Below are positions 1 to 12,198 of a stretch of 56,901 nucleotides of DNA, piece by piece (positions within the stretch are counted from its first letter, which is position 1; every line of letters begins with the position of its first letter). The DNA is from Chromera velia (taxonomy: Eukaryota). The translations under genes and the position numbers were made by a program. The stretch covers positions 1 to 56,901 of the forward strand of contig JAHBMJ010000107.1 of NCBI GenBank assembly GCA_018398765.1. The letters are read 5' to 3'. Below the pieces are notes generated by a model. That model had not been told where the DNA came from. It made no database searches and saw only the letters and a program-made list of their open reading frames with translations.

Positions 1-316
1 TTGACTTGCTTTGGGCCTCTCGAGTTTGAGTGTGACTGGAGAGCAGTATGGATTCAAAGGCTATGCGCACGCATAGGAAATATTCTTTCATTGACAGTCA
101 CTAGATTGATTTGAACAAGTGGAAGCTGATGACTCTGCCCTGGTTGGACAGACTCCTTCTATAAGTCGATGAATGGATGTGAGGTGATTCAGTTATATTG
201 CCGTCTCCTCTAGTTGAATGGTAGGACAGCTAGCATCACACTTTTCTGTCGATGTACGTACGTTACCATGTTTTTGAAATATATTAAATAATCTTAATAC
301 AATTGGAAAATATGCT

Positions 317-551
317 GACCTCCCTGAACCTAACTACCACTTCAAAGTTTAAACCGTATTTTTGGATAAGCTTGAAAGTCCCCGCCGCAGGCGCGGATCA
401 TTTATGGTGTCTTAAAAGCCGAAACCACATATCTGGACGGTGTCTTGACCATCTACGCCGCAGGTGTGGACGGTCTCTTGAAAAACAATGCCGCACATAG
501 AGATCATCTTGATTATATTTTTTTCAAGTGGCACTTAGGTTCAGGGAGGTT
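317..551. mobile_element. MITE with ~30-bp imperfect TIRs and 8-bp TSD (hAT-like non-autonomous element)
   Basis: Left end GACCTCCCTGAACCTAACTACCACTT is the reverse complement of right end AAGTGGCACTTAGGTTCAGGGAGGTT with a few mismatches. Identical 8-mer AATATGCT flanks both sides (309-316, 552-559). No coding capacity. Confidence 0.7.
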
Positions 552-1673
552 AATATGCTGAGCCTATAGCTAAGCCTAACCTTTATCCAACCAAATATAA
601 CTAGATTCTAAAAGCGCGAGAAACTAGTGTGGGAAAAGAATAGCGTACTAGCAGCTGAAAAATAAAAAAGAAATTACCTCAATCATCATCATCATCATCA
701 ACGTAAGTGTAGACGTAAGCTTAGCATTAAGTGACTTTTCAGTTTTCATGAAATTATGGTGAAATTGCTTATCGAGGACTTAACGTCACTTAAAGTTCTT
801 CTTGTATGTACATAAAGTTTAAAGTTATAGCTATACAGTGTTTATAGAGATCTTACATTTATTCCTGCAGGAAATGTTGTCTTTAGTTTATTTAAAAATC
901 ATTAAAACATTACTCGTACCGTTACTTAAAGATTTGCCTCTAAAGCTAGCTCTAAAGATTTGCATCATTAATTAAATGTGAACTGCATTAAATTTGATGA
1001 TTGAAGTTTTTGTTTACAATTTTATCCATAAATTGATTCTCAGTAACAAAATTATACAACGGGAACGCATGACGTTATGGGGAATCATATATTCAATCAG
1101 TCAATCACTAGTTCTTTTGATTGAGTGATTGTTAGCACTGTATGGATGTATATGTAATCATGCATTGAATTACAGATGACATCAGTCTTTTGTTTGATGT
1201 TTCTGGCTTTCTCTAAGGAATGACACAAGTCGTCAACGTTCACCCGCTTTTGGCGGGGGGAGGGGACCCCCGGAGGAGGGAGGAGGGGGCTATTCAATTG
1301 AGGTGGAGCAACGACAGTGAGGGAAATCAAAAAGACGGGAGTATTGTTACAAGGCAGAAAGGAAGAAAGCCAGAACAGCTAAACATGACGGGCTGATAGG
1401 GGGAGGGAAGATGAGAAAAGGGGGAAGGAAAAAAGAAGCGATCAACAATTAAGAGCAAATCATGACGACCGAAACAAAAGAAAAAAGGGCATGCCGATTG
1501 AGATTGGCAAAGCAGGAGAGTTGTTGGCTGATCCTGAATCTCTTAGGCAGGCTGGTTGACCGACTCAGGCAGGCTCAGTGGCAGAAGTCCTATGCAAACT
1601 GCCGCAAGATTCTAGAAAGAAATCTGACAGACGGACAGACAGAGAAATAGACGCACAGAGAGAGAAAAGAGAG

Positions 1674-1714
<41 letters not shown>

Positions 1715-1966
1715 GAGAGACTTTTGCCTTCCTGCCTGGCTGCCTGAGGATTTATGCCATTGCTTTGCTTTGCAAGGTCATCGTTTCGAAGGAAGAAAAA
1801 AAAGATGAAATCCTCTTTGACTCCCCAGGGGACAGTCGCTCGACCGAAGCCCGAAGGGGAAAAAAGAAGCCAACAAACAACCAAACAAACAGAGAGAAAA
1901 GAAAGAGTGGTCCAGCGACTGAGGAAGGCAACAGTGCGGCCTTCCGTATCTTCCTCTCCCCCCTTG

Positions 1967-2012
<46 letters not shown>

Positions 2013-2594
2013 CGTCGGTCTCAACGGACGCCTTGAGTGAATCTATTCGTACAGTTGNNNNNNNNNNNNNNNNNNNNNNNNNNNNNNNNNNNNNNNNNNN
2101 NNNNNNNNNNNNNNNNNNNNNNNNNNNNNNNNNNNNNNNNNNNNNNNNNNNNNNNNNNNNNNNNNNNNNNNNNNNNNNNNGGGGGGGGGGGGGAAGTCAG
2201 CTAGACAAACACCCCATCCTCTCGAAAAGTAGTTCTTCATTTTGCCTCATGCAGACATCATCATACTGCTACGACACGACACGGGGGGGTCTTTTGCCTC
2301 CAAGGACGCCAAAGCAAACAAACAAGGAAAGGAAAGAAACACGAGACCCCCTTCCGGCGCCTCACGGAACCCCCTGATCTTCCTCGTTCTTTTTTCCTTC
2401 CTTCTTTCCTCTCCTTCCTTCCATCTGCCTCCTCAGAAAAGAACAAAAGCAGAATTCTGCCCCCCTTCTCTTCTCTTCTCTCTCCACCCACATCACATCA
2501 CAGGACTCGTCTCCTGGTCTTCCTGCATTGCCGCGTCCGTCTTCCCTCCTCCGCCACTGCCCCTCCTCGGCCTTGCCAGAAAAAACCAAAGAAA

Positions 2595-2595
2595 G

Positions 2596-2626
<31 letters not shown>

Positions 2627-2645
2627 GTCTGTGTGTCTGTGTGTG

Positions 2646-2676
<31 letters not shown>

Positions 2677-2742
2677 GTGACACTGTCTGTGTGTGTGTCT
2701 GTCTGTCTGTGTGTCTGTCTGTCTATCTCTCTCGGTGTGTCT
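2595..2742. repeat. Compound microsatellite (CT)n/(TG)n/(TCTG)n
   Basis: Directly visible simple repeats. Confidence 0.9.
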
Positions 2743-5700
2743 TTGTGTTATACAAGGGGACAGTAGGAGCAGGCAGGCAGAAAGGAAGGTAGACGGACAT
2801 GCTGATAGACCGACGCAGACCCCAAGGGCACAATAGTCGGAACTGCAAAGGGAAAGAGGGAGAGAGAGATGCATTTCGACTACATGAATCACGTGATCAG
2901 TTAGAGGCTCTCTCACGTTCACCCCTTTTTTCCCCTTCTGCTCAGTGTGCTCTCCTTAATTTTTACTTTTTGCGCCTCATGTTCCTTCTCCCTCTCTTCT
3001 TCTTTCCATACGATTCAAATACCTCTTTGCGTGACTAGAGTCGCAGCAGAAACCTTTGAAGCATGAAACGATCCATGGATTGATTGATCTAAAAACCTCC
3101 TTGCCGACAGAGAGAGCAAACGGGGAGGGGAAGAGCCCGGCCGACCCCCCCTCCTTTCTTTCGAATCGCCGGCTTTTTTTCGTGCCGTCCACTGGGATTC
3201 CTTGATTCGCTCTTCTGCTTTCTACGGAGACAAAAAGCCCAAAAGTAAGGCAAGAGAAGAAGGTGTTGGTTTACCCTCTTGCTGTTATGTTGATGTGGGA
3301 AGATTTTCATACCGTGCACTCTTCTCGTCATTTCTTCCCAAGTCTCTATTTTCGTCTCCCGCGCTTTCATTTCTTCCCGCCCTAACCTTTCCCAACCAAA
3401 CGTAGCTGAGTCGGTCAGCAGACACCGCATGACATTACGAGATCTTGAGGGAAATCCGTCCAATACGCAGAAATCCATACAGACAGACAGGCAGGGAGAC
3501 GAGAAAAAAACTTCCAAAGATCGGAAGTCAGAGAGACAATAAAGGAAGAGAGGAACGCTGACTGACCATGTACCTACCATGATCGAGCACTTCAAGGACA
3601 TGCACGCAGGAACAAAACACGCCAAATTGAATTGATTTCTTCGGTCACTGAGTGAGAGAGTTAGTGAGTTGATGACTAAGTGGGTGAAAAGTTTTGGATT
3701 TTCTTCAACAGCATTTTGTTCCCTCGACTTTTTTTTTTCAAATCCAAAAGCGGTACATCTCATTCGAGTAGGGGGGTCCAGAAATCAGCCAACCAGTTGG
3801 TTACTTGAAGGGCTTTCGTTGCTTCCAAATGCATGTCCCACCACAGCTATCAACCTCCCTTCATTCCTTCCTTCTCTATGCGCCGTATAACCCGAAGGGA
3901 CGGACTAGGAAACGTTTTCTGACAGGAACAGAAGGAGGAGGAGTGAACACATACATGGCAGACGGAACCTGTGTTTTTGTACATATGCCATTCGGCCTTC
4001 TGACCCGAGAGGAGGGCTGTTCTCTCTCCCCCATATGGCCCGTTTCTCATTTCGTCTTGTTCAATACAGAAAGAATGTCTCCCTTCTTCTCTTAATTCTT
4101 TTAAGAAGATGCGCTCAAACCCTCCAAGCAGCCGCTCCAGAAGAGAAGGAGCGTCTGCCTTTCCGGTCGAGTTTTCTGTGTTCACGCCGATCTCGCTCCC
4201 TCCCTCCCTTCTTTTTTTCCTTTCTTCCTTTCTCGGACAAGTTTCTTTGGCCTACCTCAGTTATGGCGACGCCTCCTTCCTTCCCTTTTTTCTTTTCTTT
4301 CTTTCTCCCTCTCTTTTACAAGATGAGGATAAGGACTGCCCCACTGCGGCGTGAATTTACTTGCCGTGGGGTTGTCCTTTTGCGATGCCTCCTCCCTTCT
4401 CTCCCTCCTTGCCACCGCTGGCGCCTTCCACACGGCCGCCCCCTCCCAGCACAAGACCAGAAAGGAAGGAAGGAAGAAAGGAAGGAAGGAAGTTCAACCC
4501 TCCTTGAACAGAAAACGCCTGTTGGTCTCCTCTGCAGGGGCAGAGGGATTCTTAGAGCAAAGAAGAGAGAAGGACGCCTCACTCATACCATTAATTTTAT
4601 GTCCAACCTTCAGACTGACTATAGATACAGTGCGGGCTCGCTGGTTGCATTCACCACGCGGGGTCTTCCCAGCTCCCCTCTCTAGCTCTTCGGCAGATGA
4701 CATGCAGGTAGGTGTGCCGAACGAATGAAAGAAAAACAAAAAGGAGAACGGCCGGAGAGATAACGGAACCGAATATTAAGGAGGGAAGTACATCCGAAGA
4801 GGCGATGAAGAATAGAAATATATGGAAATCTAAAAATTCAAACAAAGAAAAACAGACATGCCGTTTGGGGGACGACAAATCCGTGTAATGGATGGATGGA
4901 GGATAACTTCTTTTCCTTCCTTCCTTCCCTTCCTCTCACAAACACAGCTTCGTCTGCGTTTGTCTTGCCTGTCTGCCTGACGGAAGCGCTTCCAACCAAA
5001 AGAAAATGTGCGGCCTCCGAAAGGCCCAACACACTATCTTCAGAGACCCATGGAGGCGACACGCATCCACCCGCCTGTCGAGCCTGCTTCATGTTTTTCT
5101 TTTCTCGCTGCATTCACCGATACTCTTTTTTTAGCGAGAGGACAGAGCCCGAAAAACCGAACATGACAAAAGGAAAAGAACAACGTCAAGCTAAACGAAC
5201 AACCCCAACAGAATCCCTGCCTGCGCACGCCCAAGAAGCGCACGGCCCATCCGGCTGACCTCTCATTGATAGTGATTGGGGGTAACACAATACAGCACAT
5301 AGATAGAAGACGCTCGTTCGTAGCAGGGGCGGGAGATAACAAAAGGAAGAAAAGGAGAGTCATTGAAATGAGTGAGGCCGAAAAAAACTGGGAGGAATTA
5401 TTAATAGAAGATTTTCTCCCAAATCAAATCACATAAAAGAACTTCTCCCAAATCAAATGAAAGAAAGTAAGTACCAGCTCCCAAGCCCCATCCCAAGACC
5501 CCCCCTGGCCATCCCAGACAGACAGACAGACAAGCAGACAGACAGAGACAGAGACAGGCAGGCAGATAACCTGCATGGCATGACATGGAAGATGACGTTT
5601 GCTCTCCCATGCGGTTCGTGAATTATTCTATCGATACATGCACGAATGAATTTCTTCTTTGCTTGTCGCTTCCTTCAGTCTCCCGCTTTTCTTCATGCAG

Positions 5701-5992
5701 GATATTTTGAACATCCCATCCTCTTGTCTTTCTTTCTTTCTTTCTTTCTGTCAGCGTGCGCATGTGTGAGACACAAACACAGACTGACATACTGACGGAG
5801 AGACAGAGCAACTCCTTCATGAATGAATCCCTCAATTCCTCTCCCTTCGTTCACCACACCACACCACACACAACATGCAGAGTCAGACAGGCACTCCACG
5901 AGGACACCCCGTATCCTCTCCAACTTGTCCGTCCTCTTCTTCCTGAACTCTCTCTCTCTCTTTCTTTCCTCCTTCTTCTTGTTCGTCCCTTC

Positions 5993-8480
5993 TCAGTCCC
6001 CGTTGTGTCTGCTGGCAGCTTTCGGGGAATACTCCGCAGAGAAGGGGCCAGTCCCTCCAAACGAGAACCCACCCCCCGCCCCTTGCGACGACATGTCCTT
6101 CTCCTTATCCCCCCCCTGATGAAATTGAGACCACTCTCTTTGCAAACAAGAGGGAGGAGAGGGTGACATGGCCCCACCCCCTGAAGCCGAGCCCGAGCCT
6201 GAAGGAAGTGGGGCCGCCGGGGGCACGGCAGACGGTCCCACAGAGCCGAACCCGAAAAGTCCTCTCAAGGACAACGTGGGCGCAAACTCGGCAGGGGTGT
6301 GAGCAGGGAAGGGTCCCACGGTAGCGTTGGTGGCGGCGCGCCCACGGAGAAAGGCCAAGTCCCGGAGCACGACACGGTGGCGGGTGAAGCCGGTTGACTG
6401 TTTGGATCTATTTTCGCTTTGTGGGGAGGTATCGTGGGCATCCGAAAAATCTGCCCTGACAGCGTCTGGCCATGAGTGGAGCGTCTTCGGAAGGCTTCTC
6501 CCGTCTCGCTGAGAGGGGCTTGTGGGCCCTCGAGGGGCAGGGAAGGAGGCCCAGGCTTGAGGGGATGAATCTTCAGACATATCCCCCCCACCATGTCCAA
6601 GCACGTCATCACCCCCCCAACCTGGGATGGACTGTCGAGGAGAATGGGAAGGCTGTTGCAGCATCTGCTGCGCGTCTGGAAGGAACTCGGTGGTCGAAAC
6701 TCTGGAAGGATAGTCGGGGGTTTCTGCAGTAGCTTGCATGGGGGGCGGGCGGGTGGACGCAGAGAGAGAGGGGGAAGAGAAAAGACCACCGCCAGAGGCA
6801 GCCCAACAAGGGGGTGAATTGTCTGGTGGGGTGCTTGCAAATGAGGAGCCTGGATTGGTACTGCACTGGGGAGGGGTGTTGCTGTTTGCCTGCCTTTCGA
6901 AGTCCGACGAGTAGGTCTGCTGCTGCTGCTGCTGCTGTGCGTACTGATGGTGGTAGGGTTGAGGTGGCTGTTGGCAGAAGGTCTTTGCTGTTGAAAAGAA
7001 ATTGGGGGAGAGGAAGTTCTTACAGGGAGGAGCGAGAGCCGGGGGGAACGCGGGGGTCTGCACAGAAAGAAAGCAGAACACGAAACACGAAAGAAAGAAT
7101 TAACGAATCAACTCATGAGGCTCTCTCTCCCCATCTTCTGTCTGAGGTGGCAAAGGCATGATTCTGCAGAGGAAATGGAAATGTAACGTACGAGCGTGTT
7201 GTTTGTCACTCCGTTGCGAAGCAGACAAGATCAAAGAGACCGTGTTTCCCTTCTTCCGTCTGTTCGGAGAGAACAAAGACCAGTAAGCCTCAAAGTAAGC
7301 CATTCGTGTCATGCACATATGCTAAGAGGAGAAGAAGCAACCAGAAGAGAGAGAAAAACACCGCAAGGCGAGAACGGGAGCAGCAGAAGATCTCCGTCCC
7401 CCTCACTTAGTTTCATTGAATTTTAGTGGATGATGACCGATGAAGGAGGCTCACTTTCAAAAACTCTCACCCCAGACTGACCCCTTCCAGATCCGACAAA
7501 GAGGGCGACAGCGAACGTGTCTCCCTGTCCCGCACATGGGGGGGCACCTCTCTCTCCCTTCCCCGGACGTCCCCAGCCGCCACCCCCTTCAGCAGACGGG
7601 TCCTCGAAGTCTCACTGTCAGACACCGACGCGTTTTCTCTCTCCCTCTCCCCTGACAAGCAAAGTCCCGTTCCCGGGCCTGCGCGCTGGGGGAGACTCTG
7701 CACACGCCCAGAGAGCACATGCGGTGTCTGGGCAGTGGAGAAGGTCGCAGGCATCTGACCTCTTCTCGCCAGATAGGTGAAGCCTGGGACTGCCAGGTTG
7801 GTCTTCGAATCGGTGGAAGGGGGGGTTGGAAGTTGGTGGGCGGTCGGTTCATCCGTCCCCCCCGTCTCTGTCTCTGCAGTGGTACTGAATGACGTCACGG
7901 GAAGGGGGCGCAGAAAGAAGGAGGAAAACGAGGAGCGAACTGGTGGACCAGAGTCGGCTTCCCCGACTTTGCCTTGTTCGGCATTTTCATGTTGGGACAG
8001 GGTGGAAGGAGGGGTTTCCTTGGGTGCCCTTTCAGTAGTGGAGCTGCGTGAAGTCTCAGTCTCCACGGAGAGATGAGTGCCGCGGCCCTTTGGGATGACT
8101 TCAATCTGAACATTCAAGGTCCCTTCTGCGGCAGCTTGGAGAAAACCCTTTAGTTTTGCTTCTTCTTCAATAGTGGTGATTCCTCCGTCCAAGACAAACT
8201 GCACATCTGAATCGCCAACCTTGAACAGCAGCTTAAAGTTAAAATGCAAAGAGGAAAAAGGCACAATGGCGCCCTCTTCCTCTGTGACTTTCCCCTGAGC
8301 TTCTGCTGACTCAAGGGGGTGACTTGAATGGTTTTGTTCCCACTGGAGGGAGACTTCATAGAACTCTGCACGTTTTGCGAGCTCTTGGAAAAACAAACCA
8401 ATGTCGGGTGATATGTTCATTCGAAGACGGATTGGAGTGTGTCCTGCCTTCATGAGGATCACACGAGAAGAGCCCGACAT
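5993..8480 (-). CDS. Hypothetical protein with N-terminal PB1/ubiquitin-like (beta-grasp) domain and long S/P/Q-rich disordered tail; spliced, exact junction uncertain
   Basis: ATG at 8480. Exon 8480-7471 ends at a GTGAG donor; the last exon starts after TTTCTGTGCAG at 7057. The N-terminus (VILMK..IRLR..FQELAKR..FKLLFKVGDSDVQFVL..LNVQIEV) follows PB1-type strand/helix spacing (inference). The direct join is out of phase with the 5993-ending frame, so a microexon or another donor is needed. Confidence 0.5.
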
Positions 8481-9104
8481 GGTCCCAGTACTGCTGAACA
8501 CTTCCCAAAGGCGAAAGATAGAGAGCTACAAGCCCCGGCCTGTCGCTTAGTGTTGCCAGGCCTCGAAAAACAACAATTCCACCCGATCAGCCACACCGGG
8601 AAACTTCCTTACACCTTGACTGTTTTTTCTTCACGCACGTTGTAGAGGCAGAAAAAAACCAATCAGGTAGCCGGTTTTCCTGATGCACGTGACTTCCACT
8701 CAGAAGGAAATCAGATCATTTCAGATCTTCAGTCGCAGACATCTTGCCGATGTGGCCGGACCCGCCGGGCCGAGCGTGGCCGAGCTATAGTGGCAATTAA
8801 TTCAGGCAAAAAAGTTGCAATGAAAAAACGCGAACGACTGCCGTTTGGGACCGCGTGTCCCCTGTTGCGTGACGGTCCGCGACCCCGCGCCGAAATCAAA
8901 AGTTTTTGCAAGTGCCAAAACGACAAACCATGCATGCACTTCGAGCCGTCTCCTGGCTTTCTGACACTCGGAGACGTTTTGTCCTTTGCCTTTCCACGGC
9001 TTGCCTGTTTCGTTGAAGCGGGGTTCGGGAAGGAACTCCTGTGGACGTTAAAGGTACACTACCTCGATTTACTTTTTTTAACCCTGCACACGTCTCCTAT
9101 CGCC

Positions 9105-9779
9105 ATGAAGTTTGTCGCACTTGCCTTCGGGTTGTTCGCAACCGCGAACGCCTTCATGCCTGCAGTCCGAACTCAGAGAGCGTCTCTTCGGCGGCACGGC
9201 ATGGGGGCTTGCTCCTCTCTTCAGATGGCGCTCAAGGAGGGAGACAAGGTCCCTTCCTGCTCCTGGCCCATCCGTAAGTATATGGGATCGACTTACACCA
9301 CTCCCGATGGCAAGGTTAACCCTTACATCTGGGATACTTTGAACACCGATGACGTGTTCAAGGGTCGCAGGGTTGTTGTTTTCTCTCTTCCCGGTGCGTT
9401 CACTCCCACCTGCTCGTCTGCACATCTTCCCAAGTATGAGGAGCTTTACGATGAAATTGGAGATTTGGGGGTTGACGGAATTTACTGCATGTCTGTGAAC
9501 GATGCCTTCGTTATGAATGCGTGGAAGAAGGACCAGAAGGTCAACAAGATTAACTTCGTCCCTGATGGTTCTGGAACCTTCACTGAAGCCATGGGCATGC
9601 TCGTTGACAAGGATAACTTGGGATTCGGAAAGCGCTCTTGGAGATACTCGATGGTCGTCAAGGACGGAGTCATCGAGAAGATGTTTGTGGAGCCCGGCTT
9701 CCAGGACAACGCCCCCGATGATCCTTATGAAGTCTCCGATGCGGAGACTATGACGGAGTATCTCCGCGCCAACTCTTAA
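9105..9779 (+). CDS. Type II (Prx5/AOP-like) peroxiredoxin, 224 aa, with bipartite signal + plastid transit peptide; intronless
   Basis: Catalytic motif PGAFTPTCS plus [11 protein letters not shown] and [11 protein letters not shown]. Leader [19 protein letters not shown] is followed by an R/S-rich acid-free stretch. ATG context is CGCCATG; stop is TAA. Confidence 0.93.
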   Translation: MKFVALAFGLFATANAFMPAVRTQRASLRRHGMGACSSLQMALKEGDKVPSCSWPIRKYMGSTYTTPDGKVNPYIWDTLNTDDVFKGRRVVVFSLPGAFTPTCSSAHLPKYEELYDEIGDLGVDGIYCMSVNDAFVMNAWKKDQKVNKINFVPDGSGTFTEAMGMLVDKDNLGFGKRSWRYSMVVKDGVIEKMFVEPGFQDNAPDDPYEVSDAETMTEYLRANS

Positions 9780-10544
9780 ATGATCAATCGAGCGTGCAGA
9801 TCAGTCAGCAGTCACCCGCCCTGAAACAGAAGAGAAAGAGCAGGGAGGGACTTAAAATCACCAGTTGTTCCCCTCATCTATCTGTATGATGAACCAGTGA
9901 AGAGAGAGACTCAGCGCGATGGGATCATTTTGAGTGAGTGAGGGAGTGCATATCAAAAACGCAGCAAGCGGTGCCACATTGATGCCTTACAAACCACATG
10001 GTGCTCACCCGAGCGAAAGACGGTTGTTTTTTGTGCTCTGAATTCTTCTGAGAGAGACGAGCTAGAATGTCAAGAAAGGAAGGCAGTTTGTCTGTCGTGA
10101 TGAGCGGGGGGGAGGGAGATGTCAACGGTCTCTCTCTCTGTTCCTCTGCGTTTGCAATGCTTTTGCGTGCCTGAAAAGCAGACAGTTAGTAGTTGTTTTG
10201 TCTTTCTCTGTTGCTAGACGTAGATGGGACGTGCGATGAGATTCGAAAAGAAAAAAAAGACAAAAAAAAGGTCTGGCTGATCAATCCTCCACTGACTCAG
10301 GGGCTCTTCGCGCCCTTCTAGCTCCCTCAGCTATTGATTTTTCTTTAAATGAACACATAATTGAGTAAGTTTGTGTGGGCATGGGGGGCGATGGAATTTC
10401 TCCATGCATCCAGGATGTTGCCCGTCCGACCTCTTGCCTTTCTGTGCGTGATCCCGCTCTCGTTTTTTTGATCTAACTCTTTGTCTCCGCCTCCCCGACC
10501 TCTCCCTGGGTGTTTTTTTGTTCTCTCTCCCTGTTTCCCCCCTT

Positions 10545-10548
10545 CTGT

Positions 10549-10608
<60 letters not shown>

Positions 10609-10740
10609 TGTGTCTTTCTCTCTGTCTGTCCGTCTGCCTGTCTGTACGTCTGTGTGTCTGTCTGTGTGTCTGTCTGTCTGTGTCTGTGTCTGTCTGTGTC
10701 TGTGTCTGTCTGTGTCTGTGTCTGTCTGTGTCTGTGTCTG

Positions 10741-10802
<62 letters not shown>

Positions 10803-10840
10803 TGTGTGTCACAGACTGCATGTCTGTGTGTCTGTGTGCG
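10545..10840. repeat. Compound microsatellite (CT)n/(TG)n/(TGTCTG)n
   Basis: Directly visible simple repeats; source of several spurious ORFs. Confidence 0.9.
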
Positions 10841-12198
10841 CCATGAAAGTAGTTCAAATTCGCGTGAATCGCGTCTGCATGGATCTAACTCCTATAAGCT
10901 CCTACATAGTGTAGGTGTAAATTCGCGACTAAGGGTGTCAGAGTATATCCCCTTAATTTTTTACTGCTAGGTTTTATATATATACGTATAATTCTTTTTT
11001 TTTTTTTTGGTAAAAACCTTTTTAATTTAAATAGTATAGTTTAAGAATCAAATATCTAGTTAAATATGTATGCAAAACCTAGTGCAAAACCCGAAAGATC
11101 AATGCTATGCTATGTTATTATAATATATAATACTATATATAACATCGTACTGTGTTATACTATGCTAAGGGGAGGGATGCATGTGAGCTAGGCATTTGAG
11201 ATCTGTTCCTAGTACGGCCAGAGGTGTACGTGCCACTGGCAGACAGTAGGTACTAGAGTGAACATTCTCCCTAGGGGTAATTAAAAAAAAAAAAAAAATG
11301 GTTATTTAAATTTCTTTTTTTTTTTTTCTGATGTCAAACTAAAAAATATGTTGTTTAAGTGTTGTTAATGTGTTGCACGAATCAACAAGTGATGTTTAAG
11401 TGTTGTTATACTATTGTTTCTTTGTTATAATGATAAATGAATGTTGTTACACTGTTATACAACTATTGCTTATGTATTGCAAGGTGTTGCATATGCTTGT
11501 CGTGTCTTGATGGAGGTCCTCATCGAAAAACAAAAAAAAAATAATAAATTTGCTCTGGAGACCATATTTTTATTATTATTATTATTATTATTTTTGAAAA
11601 TTACCGTTAGCGATTGGATTCCCTTAGCATTCTCCGGGTATCATGGCCCAGGGGATTGCCCGGGGTATTTGTACTTGTATAGTTCGATGGCGCAGACCAC
11701 TATATGAGCTAATGCTGCAGTAGTACATGAGACCAGCGCGTCTCTACGACGCGTATATATACTTCTAAATTTTGTGTGTGCATCTACTCAAAGAGATTCC
11801 ATAATTTTTATCAATCGTAAATTTGACTAAAATTCTTTAAATTCCACTTTTATTCCATTAAATTATACTGGTAAATTCCATTAAATTCAACTAAATTCCC
11901 GATAAGTTTGACCATCATCATCATACGTCATCGCCATCCGTCCATCATTTCTGAACTTCGAGCGTTAGACCTAGCGTTAGGCATCAGTCAGTCAGAGCAC
12001 TAAGATCAGCCAGTTCTCCCCATATAGGAGAAAACACATGCCGTCCCGGTTTTGTAAAGTGAGACTTAAGTACAGTTTAGTACAATTAAGTTGAATTAAG
12101 TGTAAATTGTGAGTCAAATTTTAATTAATGAATCTTAATAATGATACATGGATAATGGTGACGCATATTGAAACCACTTATATCAACATATTCATCAA

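Noticed and set aside
8790..9104. 105-aa N-terminal extension of the peroxiredoxin ORF
   Set aside because: Starts at GTG and lacks protein-like features; ATG 9105 has good context and begins a clean signal peptide.
11197..11275. Helitron 3' end (hairpin plus CTAG)
   Set aside because: Hairpin is long and imperfect with atypical spacing, CTAG is common in these regions, and no 5' end or second copy was seen.
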